64,000 nucleotides of DNA from contig OZ253572.1 in assembly GCA_965262935.1 (NCBI GenBank), positions 6,462,066 to 6,526,065 of the forward strand, in the 5' to 3' direction. Made by a program: the position numbers and the translations under genes. Position 1 is the first letter of the stretch, and each line of letters begins with the position of its first letter. The notes under the pieces were generated by a model, which was not told where the DNA came from, did not search any database, and saw only the letters and a program-made list of their open reading frames with translations. This document shows, in pieces, positions 1 through 10,473 of the stretch. Source of the DNA: Spirochaetia bacterium. Lineage in GTDB: Bacteria; Spirochaetota; Spirochaetia; SZUA-6; Bin103.

Positions 1-908
1 CTGCGGGGATTGAATGTCGCCCCGGAGCCAGTTCCGCCAGTGGCATCGACCCCGCTGGAGCGTCTGCTGGAGGAGTTTACCGGCTTTCTGCTGCGACCAG
101 CTACCAGTGGATGGCTCGGGCATTTCTGTCGGTTCGGGGGCAACAGGCCCTCGATTTGGACCGTCTTGGAGCCGACGACGTGTACGCTTTCCTGCTCACT
201 GAAGCCAACCAACGCAGTGCCGGCTCGCTCAACAACATCGTGACGGCGCTACGGGCGTTGCTTCGTTTTCTGCACCTGCGCGGCTACACCGCGCAGTCGC
301 TGGCGGAGGCGGTGCCGCGCGCGGCCACCCGCTGGAGCGGGCCACCGCAGCCGCTGTTGGATGGCGACGACGTGACGCGCCTGTTGGCAAGTTGTGATCG
401 CCGGACCAACGCGGGGCGGCGTGATTACGCGATGCTGACAGTATTGGCGCGGTTGGGACTGCGCGCCGCGGAGGTCGCCGCGCTCAACGTCGATGATGTC
501 CACTGGCGAGTCGGGGAAATCATCGTATGCAGCAAGGGCGGCCAGCGTGACCGGCTGCCGCTACCCGACGACGTGGGCCAAGCGCTCGCCGCCTACTGTC
601 GGCGTGGCCGCCGTCGCGGTGAGGACCGCCATCTGTTCCTGCAGGTGCGTGCGCCGTACCGAGGGATGGCGCCGAGTGCCGTCTCGGAAGTGGTGGCGCG
701 GGCATGTCGGCGTGCCGGACTGCCACCAGTCGGCGCGCACCGACTGCGGCACGCCGCTGCCACCGCGCTACGGCGCGCCGGGGTGCCCTTGGCCGAAATC
801 AATCAACTGCTGCGTCACCGCTATCTGGCGACCACCGCACGGTACGCGCACGAAGACCTCGATGCACTCGCCGAGGTGGCTTGTCCGTGGCCGGGAGGTG
901 CAGCGTGA
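1..908 (+). CDS. tyrosine recombinase/integrase, 5'-partial (frame 3 is open to the window start). First member of a recombinase-in-trio (RIT)-like array.
   Basis: Catalytic boxes are present: LGLRAAE (Arg), SKGGQRDR (Lys), HRLRHAAAT (His-x-x-Arg/His), LATTARYAH (Tyr). A core-binding domain lies upstream. There is no in-frame stop back to nt 3. The stop overlaps the next gene start (GTGA). Confidence 0.75.
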   Translation, partial: AGIECRPGASSASGIDPAGASAGGVYRLSAATSYQWMARAFLSVRGQQALDLDRLGADDVYAFLLTEANQRSAGSLNNIVTALRALLRFLHLRGYTAQSLAEAVPRAATRWSGPPQPLLDGDDVTRLLASCDRRTNAGRRDYAMLTVLARLGLRAAEVAALNVDDVHWRVGEIIVCSKGGQRDRLPLPDDVGQALAAYCRRGRRRGEDRHLFLQVRAPYRGMAPSAVSEVVARACRRAGLPPVGAHRLRHAAATALRRAGVPLAEINQLLRHRYLATTARYAHEDLDALAEVACPWPGGAA

Positions 909-1561
909 GTCGGCTTCATGCGCTCCTGGACGACTATCTGGCACTGCGCCTCGCGCTGGGGTTCAAGCTCTGCCAAGAGCGGCAGTTACTGCCTGGATTC
1001 GTCGACTTCGTCGAGCAGGCCGGGGCGGAGTCGGTAACGGTCGAATTGGCTTTGGCTTGGGCAAAGAAGCCGACCGGAGTGAACCCGTTTCGATGGAAGC
1101 GGCGGCTCTCGATGGTGCGCGGATTCGCTCGCTATGCGCACGCGTTCCACCCAGCCACCGAGGTGCCGCCCGTTGGGCTGCTGGCTTATCGAGCCACAAG
1201 GCCCACGCCGTTTCTGTTGTCCGAGCAGGACATTACCGTACTGCTGGCGGCAGCCGAAGCGCTTCGACCGCCCCTGTTGGCAGTCACCTGCCGCACGCTG
1301 TTTGGGTTGCTGGCGGTCACCGGACTTCGCGTCGGTGAGGCTATCGATCTCGACCGTGAAGACGTTGACCTTGTTCGCCGCCTGCTGACCGTGCGCCAGA
1401 CCAAGTTCAACAAGTCTCGGCTCCTGCCGTTGCATCCGACTACCAACGACGCTCTCGCCACCTACACGCAGCAGCGAGATCGGTTCTCTCCAAACGTTCT
1501 TCACCCAGCGCTTGCTTGGCGAACGCGAGGCCAGTCCGCACACGGTAGCTGCCTACCGTGA
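905..1561 (+). pseudogene. tyrosine recombinase, C-terminally truncated. It keeps the core-binding domain and the Arg/Lys boxes but lacks the H-x-x-R, H/W and Tyr boxes.
   Basis: GTG start overlaps the upstream stop. It shows GLRVGE (Arg) and TKFNKSR (Lys), then ends about 90 aa early, where the next recombinase N-terminus begins in another frame. Confidence 0.5.
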
Positions 1562-2456
1562 CACCTTCCGGCTCCTGCTCGCGTTCACCACTGCCCGGCT
1601 CGGCAAGACGCCGTCGCAATTGCTTCTTACCGATCTCGACGTGACCGTGATCGACGCATTCCTCAACCATCTCGAACATGACCGTGGCAATAGCGCGCGC
1701 ACCAGGAACGCCCGTCTGGTCGCGATTCATTCTCTGTTCCGCTTCGCCGAGCTGCGCCATCCTGATCACGCCTACATGATCCAGCGAGTGCTCGCGATCC
1801 CGGCGAAGCGACAGCAGCGCACCGAAGTGAGCTTTCTGACCCCTATCGAGGTCGATGCGTTGCTCGCAGCCCCCGATCGTACTACGCGCATCGGTCGGCG
1901 CGACCATGCGTTGCTCGTCCTGGCTGTGCAGACCGGCCTGCGTGTTTCCGAACTGGTCGGCCTACGCCGCTGTGACGCCCATCTCGACCGTGGCGCTCAC
2001 GTACGCTGCCACGGCAAAGGACGCAAAGATCGCGTCACGCCGCTTGCCGTCCAGACGGTAGCGGTGCTCCAGGTGTGGCTCCGCGAACTCGCTGGCGGCC
2101 CGCACACCGCGCTGTTTCCCAGCCAGCTCGGCCGTCCCCTCAGCCGTGACGCGGTCGAGCGTCTGCTGGCCAAGCACACCCGCGCTGCCGTGCTCGCGTG
2201 CCCGTCCCTGGCCACCAAGAGGGTCTCACCACATGTACTGCGCCACACTGCGGCGATGCGGCTCCTGGAGGCGGGCGTTGATACTTCCGTGATCGCACTG
2301 TGGCTCGGTCACGAGAGTGTTCAGACAACCCAGGTCTATCTCCATGCCCACCTCGCACTCAAGGAACGCGCTCTGGCCAAAACTGCTCCGGCCCACACCA
2401 CTCCCGGTCGCTATCGTCCACCCGACGCACTGCTCGCCTTCCTGGAAGCCCTGTAA
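1512..2456 (+). CDS. tyrosine recombinase (XerC/D-like), complete. Third gene of the trio.
   Basis: N-terminal AAYRDTFRLLLAF core-binding motif. Catalytic boxes GLRVSE (Arg), HGKGRKDR (Lys), HVLRHTAA, GHESVQTTQVYLH (Tyr). TTG start per ORF track. Homology-like sequence continues a few codons upstream, but no start codon is found there. Confidence 0.8.
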   Translation: MLGEREASPHTVAAYRDTFRLLLAFTTARLGKTPSQLLLTDLDVTVIDAFLNHLEHDRGNSARTRNARLVAIHSLFRFAELRHPDHAYMIQRVLAIPAKRQQRTEVSFLTPIEVDALLAAPDRTTRIGRRDHALLVLAVQTGLRVSELVGLRRCDAHLDRGAHVRCHGKGRKDRVTPLAVQTVAVLQVWLRELAGGPHTALFPSQLGRPLSRDAVERLLAKHTRAAVLACPSLATKRVSPHVLRHTAAMRLLEAGVDTSVIALWLGHESVQTTQVYLHAHLALKERALAKTAPAHTTPGRYRPPDALLAFLEAL

Positions 2457-2641
2457 CTATGCCGACCCCTGCGGCGCGTTCACCGCCGTTGCACCTGCTG
2501 GAACACACCGAATTCCCGCCCGCCTCGATCACGCGGCATATTCGGTCGGTCGGCATAGGAACTGCACCTTCAGATCCAGCGTCTGCTATTGCCCGCCAAG
2601 TGAGAGTTCCTGGTTTTGTACAACCCCGCCAGGGGGCGTAG

Positions 2642-3352
<711 letters not shown>

Positions 3353-3676
3353 TAGGGGCGCCTTGCAACACGCGGGCGTCACACTACTGGGAGGGCTGTC
3401 ATGCTCGAAGAACTGGTTTCGATACTGGCTATTGGGGTCGCCGCGGCGGCGCTGTTCGTGCCCCGGATAGGATCCGCGCGCGATTCGATGCGAACGATGA
3501 CTCGGAATCTACCGGGTCACGCCGGAGATGCTCTCTTGCGCTCCGGGACCTTACTTCACAAGAAAGCGTACCTGACAGCGGCCCGCGCGCGGACGCCGCG
3601 GAGGAGAGAAGACAGGTGATGAGCACTCGAATGAGATGCATTCCAAACGGCCACACCGCCGAAGAGGAGGCCTCTG

Positions 3677-4171
3677 GTGGCAAACGATGACCGGAGTCTC
3701 GTACCTGTCTCGTCCTACCTGCGCGATCTCTACCAGTTGATCAGCCTACTCCTTTCAGACCGGAGGGTGGCCGGGATCGCAGACTTCAAAGAGCTTTCCG
3801 AGGTCAACCATGAGGCCGAGGTGAATCGCCTATTGATATGGATCGCAACTGCGACGCGCCAGTTCCTTGACATGGACGAACGTAGCATCGGAAAATCCAT
3901 GGCCAACGTAGCGTGCGGACAATACTGGAACACGTATACCGGCGACCCGGACAAGGACAACAGACAAGCTCTGCGATTTCGACAAGCATGCAATATCGTC
4001 ATTCATGCGGTGGAGATCACGTCATACGATCCTGATCGTGGCTACCATAGAGGCGTGATAACGATTCGGGGCACGCGACGACGGCAATTCGGATTCCAGG
4101 CTAACCGAGCAGCACTTGATTTTGTGCAGTTCGCGAAGCTATGTATCAGATTGACCAGGGAGTTGGAGTAG
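3677..4171 (+). CDS. hypothetical protein (164 aa) in a low-GC island
   Basis: GTG start preceded by GAAGAGGAGG. The ORF has a clear local GC drop and no strong competing ORF. No domain recognised. Confidence 0.55.
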   Translation: MANDDRSLVPVSSYLRDLYQLISLLLSDRRVAGIADFKELSEVNHEAEVNRLLIWIATATRQFLDMDERSIGKSMANVACGQYWNTYTGDPDKDNRQALRFRQACNIVIHAVEITSYDPDRGYHRGVITIRGTRRRQFGFQANRAALDFVQFAKLCIRLTRELE

Positions 4172-4178
4172 GACGACC

Positions 4179-4400
4179 ATGGCGACCAGCAGGACTACGT
4201 ACAAGTACCACTACAAGCTTGGCAACAGGATTGTGCACACCGGCATCACCAAGGATATCGACCGCCGGGAGGCCGAACATCGACGCCACGAGGGGTGGGA
4301 GCGCGGCCACATCAAACAGGTCGGCGTCCGCACCACGCCGGAGGCGGCGCAAGAGTGGGAGCAAGATCAGCGCAGTCAGGGCAAACCAACCGGACCGTAA
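4179..4400 (+). CDS. small protein (73 aa) with a GIY-YIG-like N-terminal motif
   Basis: GGAG RBS 8 nt upstream of the ATG. YKYHY...IVHTGIT...DIDRREAEH resembles GIY...YIGxT...NLxRRxxEH. Length is at the lower limit for that fold. Confidence 0.4.
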   Translation: MATSRTTYKYHYKLGNRIVHTGITKDIDRREAEHRRHEGWERGHIKQVGVRTTPEAAQEWEQDQRSQGKPTGP

Positions 4401-5540
4401 CGACGACTCGATCCCCGCGCCACCGAACCCGACTTGCTGTATGCCGTCGAGCGCAAGGCCGGCGATATTCCCGCGTGGCTGACGCCGGACCCCTGTTGGT
4501 CAGCCTTGTGCGCCCTGATCGGACGCTTCGATGGCAAGCGCGCGCGCCCCGCGGGGCACGGCCTGGTCTGGTTCTCAGCCCCCTGGGCTTTCGCAAGACC
4601 CCCTTTACCCGCGAGTTGACCGTGCGCGAGCGCTTCCCGCTCGATCCGCAGGCACAGGTCGCCGCCGCACTCGCCGAGCCTGATCGGATGGAGCGACCTG
4701 TGGCGCGACTACGACCGCCCCGAGCAAGATGGCCACCTACCTGAACTACCCCGGCCCCATCCTCAACCTGCCCACCAAGGCATCCCGCTCAACCCTCGGC
4801 TCGGATTGAACGGCCGCTGACGCGTACCGCGCGGGTCACGCTTTGCAGCATAGGCGAACCACCCCGGACTTGCCGTGGTGATTCATGCAAGCAAGCAATG
4901 GCCACAGCCGAAACTGCCCCAACCCAGCAGAGCGACAAGACCGTCACGATTGAAGTGAATGCCCACAAAGTCAAGATGCCAGCGGGCCGATCACACCAGG
5001 AGCCCAGTTCGAGCAGCGCCCAGCGCTTCAAGTGTCCCGGCGCAACAACCTCGCCCTGAGAGACAACAGAGTCGAGACGGCGGCATTCGACGATGAACTC
5101 ACTCTTATCGCACCCATCGCACCCGTAAAGGGTTGACCGCTCGCCACCTATGCTCAGGCAGCGACCGGCGCACTCGTGCGTGTCGGTGGCGGCGCTGCAT
5201 CCAGACCGGAGCGGAACGGTTCGCGTGGTGCACCGACGAGCGTATCAGACCGACCTCGCTACGACAAAAAGCTGCCCACAGTATCCAGCCGGAAGAAAGG
5301 CTGCTCAAATACCCGACTATCTTCCGCCGGACACGAAGTGCGATTTCGGCTCGCCTTGCGGATATCAGCCCGCAACTCGAGCGGCGGAGCCATCTCCCAT
5401 ATATTACAAACGGCGTGTGTTGGACCGAGCCGGACTGCGCCGACCGAAGGCGCGCGCCGCGAAACCCTCGGCGTTGGTGATGCTGGCGCTACTGCCGGTG
5501 GCCCGGATAACGTACAGTCCCTGGCGCCCGGAATGGACGA

Positions 5541-5888
5541 TCACGGAACCTCCTCGCCGTTGACGGCCAGAATGTCGAACTCCCAGCGCCGCTCCCCATA
5601 GTTCTTCTTCGCATTGGTTATCGTGTGGTCCACTGCGATGCCGCGCTGTTGCAGCAGTTTCACGAGGTCGCCCTCCACCAGGGACTCCATCAGCTTCCCC
5701 CACTGCCCGTTGAACAGCTCGTCGAGTTTGCGCAGGCGCAGGTCGGTCTCCTGCATGCGGCGGTCGGTGTCCTGACCGAGTCGCTTCAACACCTGGTCGG
5801 TTTCTTTCCGGCTCTCCGCTACCTCGCGCAGGATGTTCCAGATCTCCTCCGGCGTCGCCGGGTCCCGATGTCCGTTCTGGTCAGCCAT
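5541..5888 (-). pseudogene. DUF3782-like PD-(D/E)XK family protein, 3'-truncated. It retains only the N-terminal coiled-coil and the start of the nuclease core.
   Basis: ...GQWGKLMESLVEGDLVKLLQQRGIAVDH...ERRWEFDILAVNGEEV then a stop. Full-length relatives continue for another ~80 aa. A paralog lies at 12927..13640. Confidence 0.45.
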
Positions 5889-5901
5889 GCCGCAACCCGG
5901 C

Positions 5902-8900
5902 CTACGGGAGGTTCAGGGGTATGTCGACCTCGCTCTCCGGTATGCGGTACGCCCGGTAGCTCCAGGCATCCTCACCGGCCACGCGCATGTTCATCTCCAG
6001 GTGCGCAGTGCCGGTTACGGGGTTGACCTCGCTCACCGCGATTGTCTTGTCCAGCGCGACCGTGCGGCCGGTGGCGCTGCCGCCCCAGCTAATCAGCCAA
6101 TGCACGCTGCCGACGAAGTCTTCGAGCACGTGCACGCCGCCCCGGTAGGGGAAGTAGCCGTGCGTGGCAGGCAGCCGGTATTCGCGCTCGTACTCCGCCT
6201 GCGTTCCGGACGATATGTCGTACTCCACCGCGCGCGAGAACGCGTTAGAGTCCTTCCTGGGGCCGATGCACTGTACGCCGTTGTCGTACATTACGACGGT
6301 GTTGGTAGAGGTCAGCGTGACGTGGTGCGGTCCGCAGAACTCCTCGACGACGGCATTATCCGAATGCTCGACCAACTCCAGGAACTCGGTCGTGGAACTC
6401 TCCGGCGGCGCGGTGCCGCCGAGCTTCCACTCGACAGCGCCGGTCGTTCCGTCGATCCGCAGCACCTGCGAGCAACCGCGGGACGACACCACGAAGTCCC
6501 CGTCTGCCAGCAGTTGCAGCGAATTGAATTGAGCATAGCCCGGCGGATACGACAACCCACCTCGGAGGAACATCCCGACCTTGCAATCGGTGCCCCACTG
6601 GAGCACGTCTCTATGGGTCCAGGAGTTCCACGTGAACTCGGACACGCCGATCGCACCCGCGCTCCTGCGCTGGATGGCCGAGTCGGCAACCTGTTCGGTT
6701 TCGGTTCCTCCGTGGTCCGAGAAATCGCGCGGCTCGTCATCGTAGTAGGACAGCATCGCGTAGTCCCCGTCAGCGGCAATCTGAAAGTCGTGGCCATCGG
6801 TCTGCGACAGCGGCGACACCGTGGTGAGGGTAGCGGTCACTTCGAGCCGCTCGTTGAGCAGGTCTATCTCCCAGTTTCCGAACGGAGAGTCGTTGACGTT
6901 GAACACCTCCCTTCGGGCCACCGAGAAGCGGCTGTTGCCGTGGGGCTTGAAGTCCATCACCCAGAAGTTGGTATCCGTGAGCAGACGATGGAACCGCGGC
7001 ACGCCATTGTTGTCGACCATCGCCATGAACATGGTGCGGCTGCTGTAGCTGCCGTAGGCTGGCGTGAGGAGCAGCAGCCCGTCCTTGACCTGATCGGTCC
7101 TGGTCAGGATTTCGATGGTCGGGAAGGCGGCGGGCAGGCAGTGCACGACGTAGGTCCTGGTGTCGCCGGCGTCACTGACTTCGATCGCCAGGTCGTGGTC
7201 GCCGCCGACCGCGACACTTGCGTTCAGGATCCCGGTAGTGGATACCACGTTGTCGGCGGTATCGGCGCGCAGCAGCGTGAGTTGCGCGCCGTCGCGCCCG
7301 GTCGCTGCCGCGACGGTGAGCGTCGGCGAAGTGTTGCAGGTCAGCGCGTAGTGCAGGGTGTCGGCGTCGAACGTCGGGTACATGGCGCCGCCGCCGGTCA
7401 CCGCCAGGGATGAGAGCTCAAGCGCAGTCGAATCCAAGGGGTCCTCGGGGTCGACGGGATCCACCAGGTCCACCGGGTCCGTGGTAGTCGTATCGCCATC
7501 GTCGGCGATCGTGCCGGTGGCGCTGGCGTCGGACACGGTGGCGCCCGCGGGGTTGCTGAGCGTAACCGTGAACGTCTCGGTTTCCTCGGCGGTGCTGTCA
7601 TCCAGAATCGCTACATTGACGGTCGCCGTCGTGGCGCCGTCCGCGAACGTCAGCGTGCCGTTCGCGGACGTGTAGTCCGCTCCGGAGGTGGCGCTCCCGT
7701 CCGCGGTCTCGTACGCCACCGTGACCGTACCTCCGCTCGCCGGATCGAGTCGCACCACGAACGGCATGCTGCCGTCTCCCGAGCCCTCCGTCAGACTCCC
7801 GTTGCCGATGCTCAGCTCCGGTAACTGGTCGTTGTCCGCGATCGTCCCGGTTCCCTGCGCGGTGGCCACGGTCGCGTTCACCGCCGCCCGCAGGGTGACC
7901 GTGAACTGTTCGGACGGCTCGTCCAGCGTGTCGTCGACTACCGTTACTGCGATCGTCCGGCTCGTGGTGCCGGCACGAAACGTCAGCGTGCCGCTCGCGG
8001 CCGTGTAGTCCGAACCGGCCGCGGCGCTCCCGTCCGCCGTCGTGTACTGCACCGTGACCGTGCGTCCGCTCGCCGCGTCGAGCCGCACCACGAACGGCAT
8101 GGTGCCGTCACCCGAGCCCTCCGTCAGGCTGCCGTTGCCGATGCTCAGCTCCGGTGCCTGGTCGTTGTCCGCGATCGTCCCGGTTCCCTGCGCCGTGGCC
8201 ACGGTCGCGTTCACCGCCGCCCGCAGGCTGACCGTGAACTGTTCGTCCGGCTCGTCGATCGCGTCATCGGCAATCGGCACCGTCACCGTCCGCACCGTGG
8301 TGCCCGCGCCGAACGTCAGCGTACCGCTCACCGGCGCGTAGTCGCTCCCGCCCGTGGCAGTCACGTCCGCCGTCCCGTATTGCACCGTCACCGTGCGCCC
8401 GCTCGCCGGTTCGAGCCGCACCTCGAACCGCATGCTGCCGCCGCCCGTGCCCTCGGTTAGCCCGCCGTTGCCGATGCTCAGCCCAGGCAGCGCATCCTCG
8501 TCCTCGATCCGCCCTGTCGCCGTCAGCGTCGCCCCGCCGCCGGCAAGTTGCGCGTTGTCGGCGTTGCGCAGTGTCACCCTGAACACTTCGGTGTCCTCGT
8601 TCATGCTGTCGTCGTTCACGGTCACTGCGACCGTCTGCGCCGCCGTCGACCGCGCCGGGAACCGCAGCATGCCGCTCGCCGGCGTGTAGTCCACCCCCTC
8701 GGTGGCCGTGTCGCCGCTCGAGTCGGTGGCGTAGTCCACGGTCACGACCTCGTCGCTGGCCTGGCTCAGGGTCACGGCAAACACTATCCGGCGCGCCTGC
8801 TCGGAGGCCTGCGCCGGCGCCATCGCCAGCGTCGGTACGTCGTCCTCCACGATGATCACCCTGACCACCGGGCCGGTTACGCCGTCGTAGCCGCCGCCGC

Positions 8901-9774
8901 TCGCCGTGTGCGCAAGCTCCACCGCGATGTCGGCCAGCGCATCGATGTCCTGCTCCGCCGTCAGCGTCACCTGCCGAGCGTCTCTCCACTGCGCTGGCGC
9001 GAACACGAACTGCTCCGGGGCTATGGTCAACTCCGGTGCATCCGCCGCGGTCACGGTTACCGGCGCCGTCGGCCGTGACCCGAGCCGTACCTCGTAGCTC
9101 GCGCTTTCTCCCTCCGTCACGAACAGCTCCAGCGGCTCGATCGCCAGCGCACGGGCGTCATCGTCCTGAATCGTTCCGGTCGCCGTTGCCGACGCCAGTG
9201 TCGCCCCTTGTGGGTCGCTGAGCCGCACGGTCAGGGTCTCACCCGCCTCGTCTACCTCGTCGTCCACGAGCCGCACCTCGATCCGCTGCGCCGTGGTCGA
9301 CTCGGCCGGGAATGTGAGCCGGCCGCGCGCCGCCTGGTAGTCCGCTCCCGCCTTCGCCGTGCCCTCCACGGTGTCATAGGCCACCGTGACCGCGGCGCCG
9401 GCCGTCCCGCTCAGGCTCACCGTGAAGCGCAGCACGCCGTCAGACTCTGCTGCGCCTGCCGCCGCTATCGCCAGCACCGGCGGCCCTTCCGCCGGCGCGA
9501 CGGGCGTGCCGCCCGGCTGGTCCACCGGCGTGCTCTCCGGCTGCGCGCTGTCCGGCTGTTTCGCGGCCTCGACGTGAGCCATCTGGCACCCCGCCAGCGT
9601 CAGCGCCAGCGCCAGCGCCAGCAGTAGCGGGACAGCGGCCGACCACAGTGCTGCAGGCAGGAGCAGGCGCCGCGCTGCCAGCCGAAACGGCGACCAATCT
9701 GCCGAGCCGCCGCCGGGTGTCTGTGCGGCGCTCTGGGCGCTCTGCGCGCTCTGGCTGGAGACTTTCTGCAACAT
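5902..9774 (-). CDS. large lipoprotein (1290 aa). Contains ~7 Calx-beta repeats, a cadherin-like beta-sandwich, and a C-terminal arylsulfotransferase (ASST)-like beta-propeller domain.
   Basis: Lipobox LTLAGC. Repeated G.L.F..G.T...V.V.I.DD..DEP.E.F.V.L units with near-identical copies. A LSSLAVTGG...HYAL motif. C-terminal ~500 aa carry GHDF, WNSW and FCGPHHV motifs shared with the paralog at 10474. Confidence 0.8.
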   Translation of the reverse strand: MLQKVSSQSAQSAQSAAQTPGGGSADWSPFRLAARRLLLPAALWSAAVPLLLALALALTLAGCQMAHVEAAKQPDSAQPESTPVDQPGGTPVAPAEGPPVLAIAAAGAAESDGVLRFTVSLSGTAGAAVTVAYDTVEGTAKAGADYQAARGRLTFPAESTTAQRIEVRLVDDEVDEAGETLTVRLSDPQGATLASATATGTIQDDDARALAIEPLELFVTEGESASYEVRLGSRPTAPVTVTAADAPELTIAPEQFVFAPAQWRDARQVTLTAEQDIDALADIAVELAHTASGGGYDGVTGPVVRVIIVEDDVPTLAMAPAQASEQARRIVFAVTLSQASDEVVTVDYATDSSGDTATEGVDYTPASGMLRFPARSTAAQTVAVTVNDDSMNEDTEVFRVTLRNADNAQLAGGGATLTATGRIEDEDALPGLSIGNGGLTEGTGGGSMRFEVRLEPASGRTVTVQYGTADVTATGGSDYAPVSGTLTFGAGTTVRTVTVPIADDAIDEPDEQFTVSLRAAVNATVATAQGTGTIADNDQAPELSIGNGSLTEGSGDGTMPFVVRLDAASGRTVTVQYTTADGSAAAGSDYTAASGTLTFRAGTTSRTIAVTVVDDTLDEPSEQFTVTLRAAVNATVATAQGTGTIADNDQLPELSIGNGSLTEGSGDGSMPFVVRLDPASGGTVTVAYETADGSATSGADYTSANGTLTFADGATTATVNVAILDDSTAEETETFTVTLSNPAGATVSDASATGTIADDGDTTTTDPVDLVDPVDPEDPLDSTALELSSLAVTGGGAMYPTFDADTLHYALTCNTSPTLTVAAATGRDGAQLTLLRADTADNVVSTTGILNASVAVGGDHDLAIEVSDAGDTRTYVVHCLPAAFPTIEILTRTDQVKDGLLLLTPAYGSYSSRTMFMAMVDNNGVPRFHRLLTDTNFWVMDFKPHGNSRFSVARREVFNVNDSPFGNWEIDLLNERLEVTATLTTVSPLSQTDGHDFQIAADGDYAMLSYYDDEPRDFSDHGGTETEQVADSAIQRRSAGAIGVSEFTWNSWTHRDVLQWGTDCKVGMFLRGGLSYPPGYAQFNSLQLLADGDFVVSSRGCSQVLRIDGTTGAVEWKLGGTAPPESSTTEFLELVEHSDNAVVEEFCGPHHVTLTSTNTVVMYDNGVQCIGPRKDSNAFSRAVEYDISSGTQAEYEREYRLPATHGYFPYRGGVHVLEDFVGSVHWLISWGGSATGRTVALDKTIAVSEVNPVTGTAHLEMNMRVAGEDAWSYRAYRIPESEVDIPLNLP

Positions 9775-9883
9775 GCTCGTCCGTGCTACGATTGTACCGT
9801 TGGTTCAGGTGTGCGTCTCGGGCGCAGCGGACGTAATGCACCATATCCGCACCGCCGCAGGCTGAAGGAGTGAAGCAAATCGC

Positions 9884-10459
9884 ATGGCACAAACAGGACT
9901 GCTCGACAGGGCCGCATGCAGGACGCTGACAGGCGCCGCCATGGGGATGGTTCTCGGGATACCACTGCTGTTGAGCGGCTGTGGTGCCGCCACCCCGTTC
10001 AACCCCATCTTGCTTGAGATCTCGGAACACGTTGCTACCGGCCCCGACTTCCTGGCAGACGGGCGTATCGAGAGCGTGCACGATGTCGACTATTTCGAAA
10101 TCCTGATCAGGCGGGAGTTGGCATCCGTGATCGTGATGACCACGGGCACTACCGATACCGCTGGTGCGGTGCAAACGGTAGACCGAATGGAGATCAAGGA
10201 ACAGTGTGAGGGTGAAGAGCCCGCGCGGCCCTGCATCTTCTCCTACGACGCGGACACCGCGCACAACGTGGAGCGCTCGGACGCGTTCAACAGCATGGAA
10301 CCGTCGGGCAACTTCGTATGGGAGGGGAACCTGCCGGGTCCCGACGGCGATGAAGAATATCGCACCTACTACATTCGAGTGACGGGACAGCGCGGGTCGA
10401 CCGGCGACTACGTGTTGACCGTCGAGCTCAACGAGGGCGAAGGCCCGATGTACTCGTAG
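9884..10459 (+). CDS. lipoprotein with a pre-peptidase C-terminal (PPC)-like beta-sandwich domain
   Basis: GAAGGAG RBS. Signal peptide with lipobox LLSGC. DVDYFEI...GDYVLTVEL pattern typical of PPC domains. Confidence 0.6.
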   Translation: MAQTGLLDRAACRTLTGAAMGMVLGIPLLLSGCGAATPFNPILLEISEHVATGPDFLADGRIESVHDVDYFEILIRRELASVIVMTTGTTDTAGAVQTVDRMEIKEQCEGEEPARPCIFSYDADTAHNVERSDAFNSMEPSGNFVWEGNLPGPDGDEEYRTYYIRVTGQRGSTGDYVLTVELNEGEGPMYS

Positions 10460-10473
10460 GCGGGGCCGTTGTC

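Noticed and set aside
1440-1561. Recombinase 2 and 3 as one gene joined by a programmed frameshift
   Set aside because: Recombinase 3 has its own complete N-terminal core-binding domain and all catalytic boxes. Recombinase 2 therefore looks truncated rather than fused. It cannot be fully excluded without alignment.
4400-5540. Several 60-150-aa ORFs in all frames
   Set aside because: Mutually overlapping with no motifs and no RBSs. The region looks like decayed or non-coding DNA between the low-GC cassette and the DUF3782 fragment.
5833-7413. 526-aa plus-strand ORF (and 10624..12039 minus, 471 aa)
   Set aside because: Both lie entirely inside the lipoprotein genes on the opposite strand. They are Arg/Gly/Ala-rich translations typical of antisense frames in high-GC DNA.
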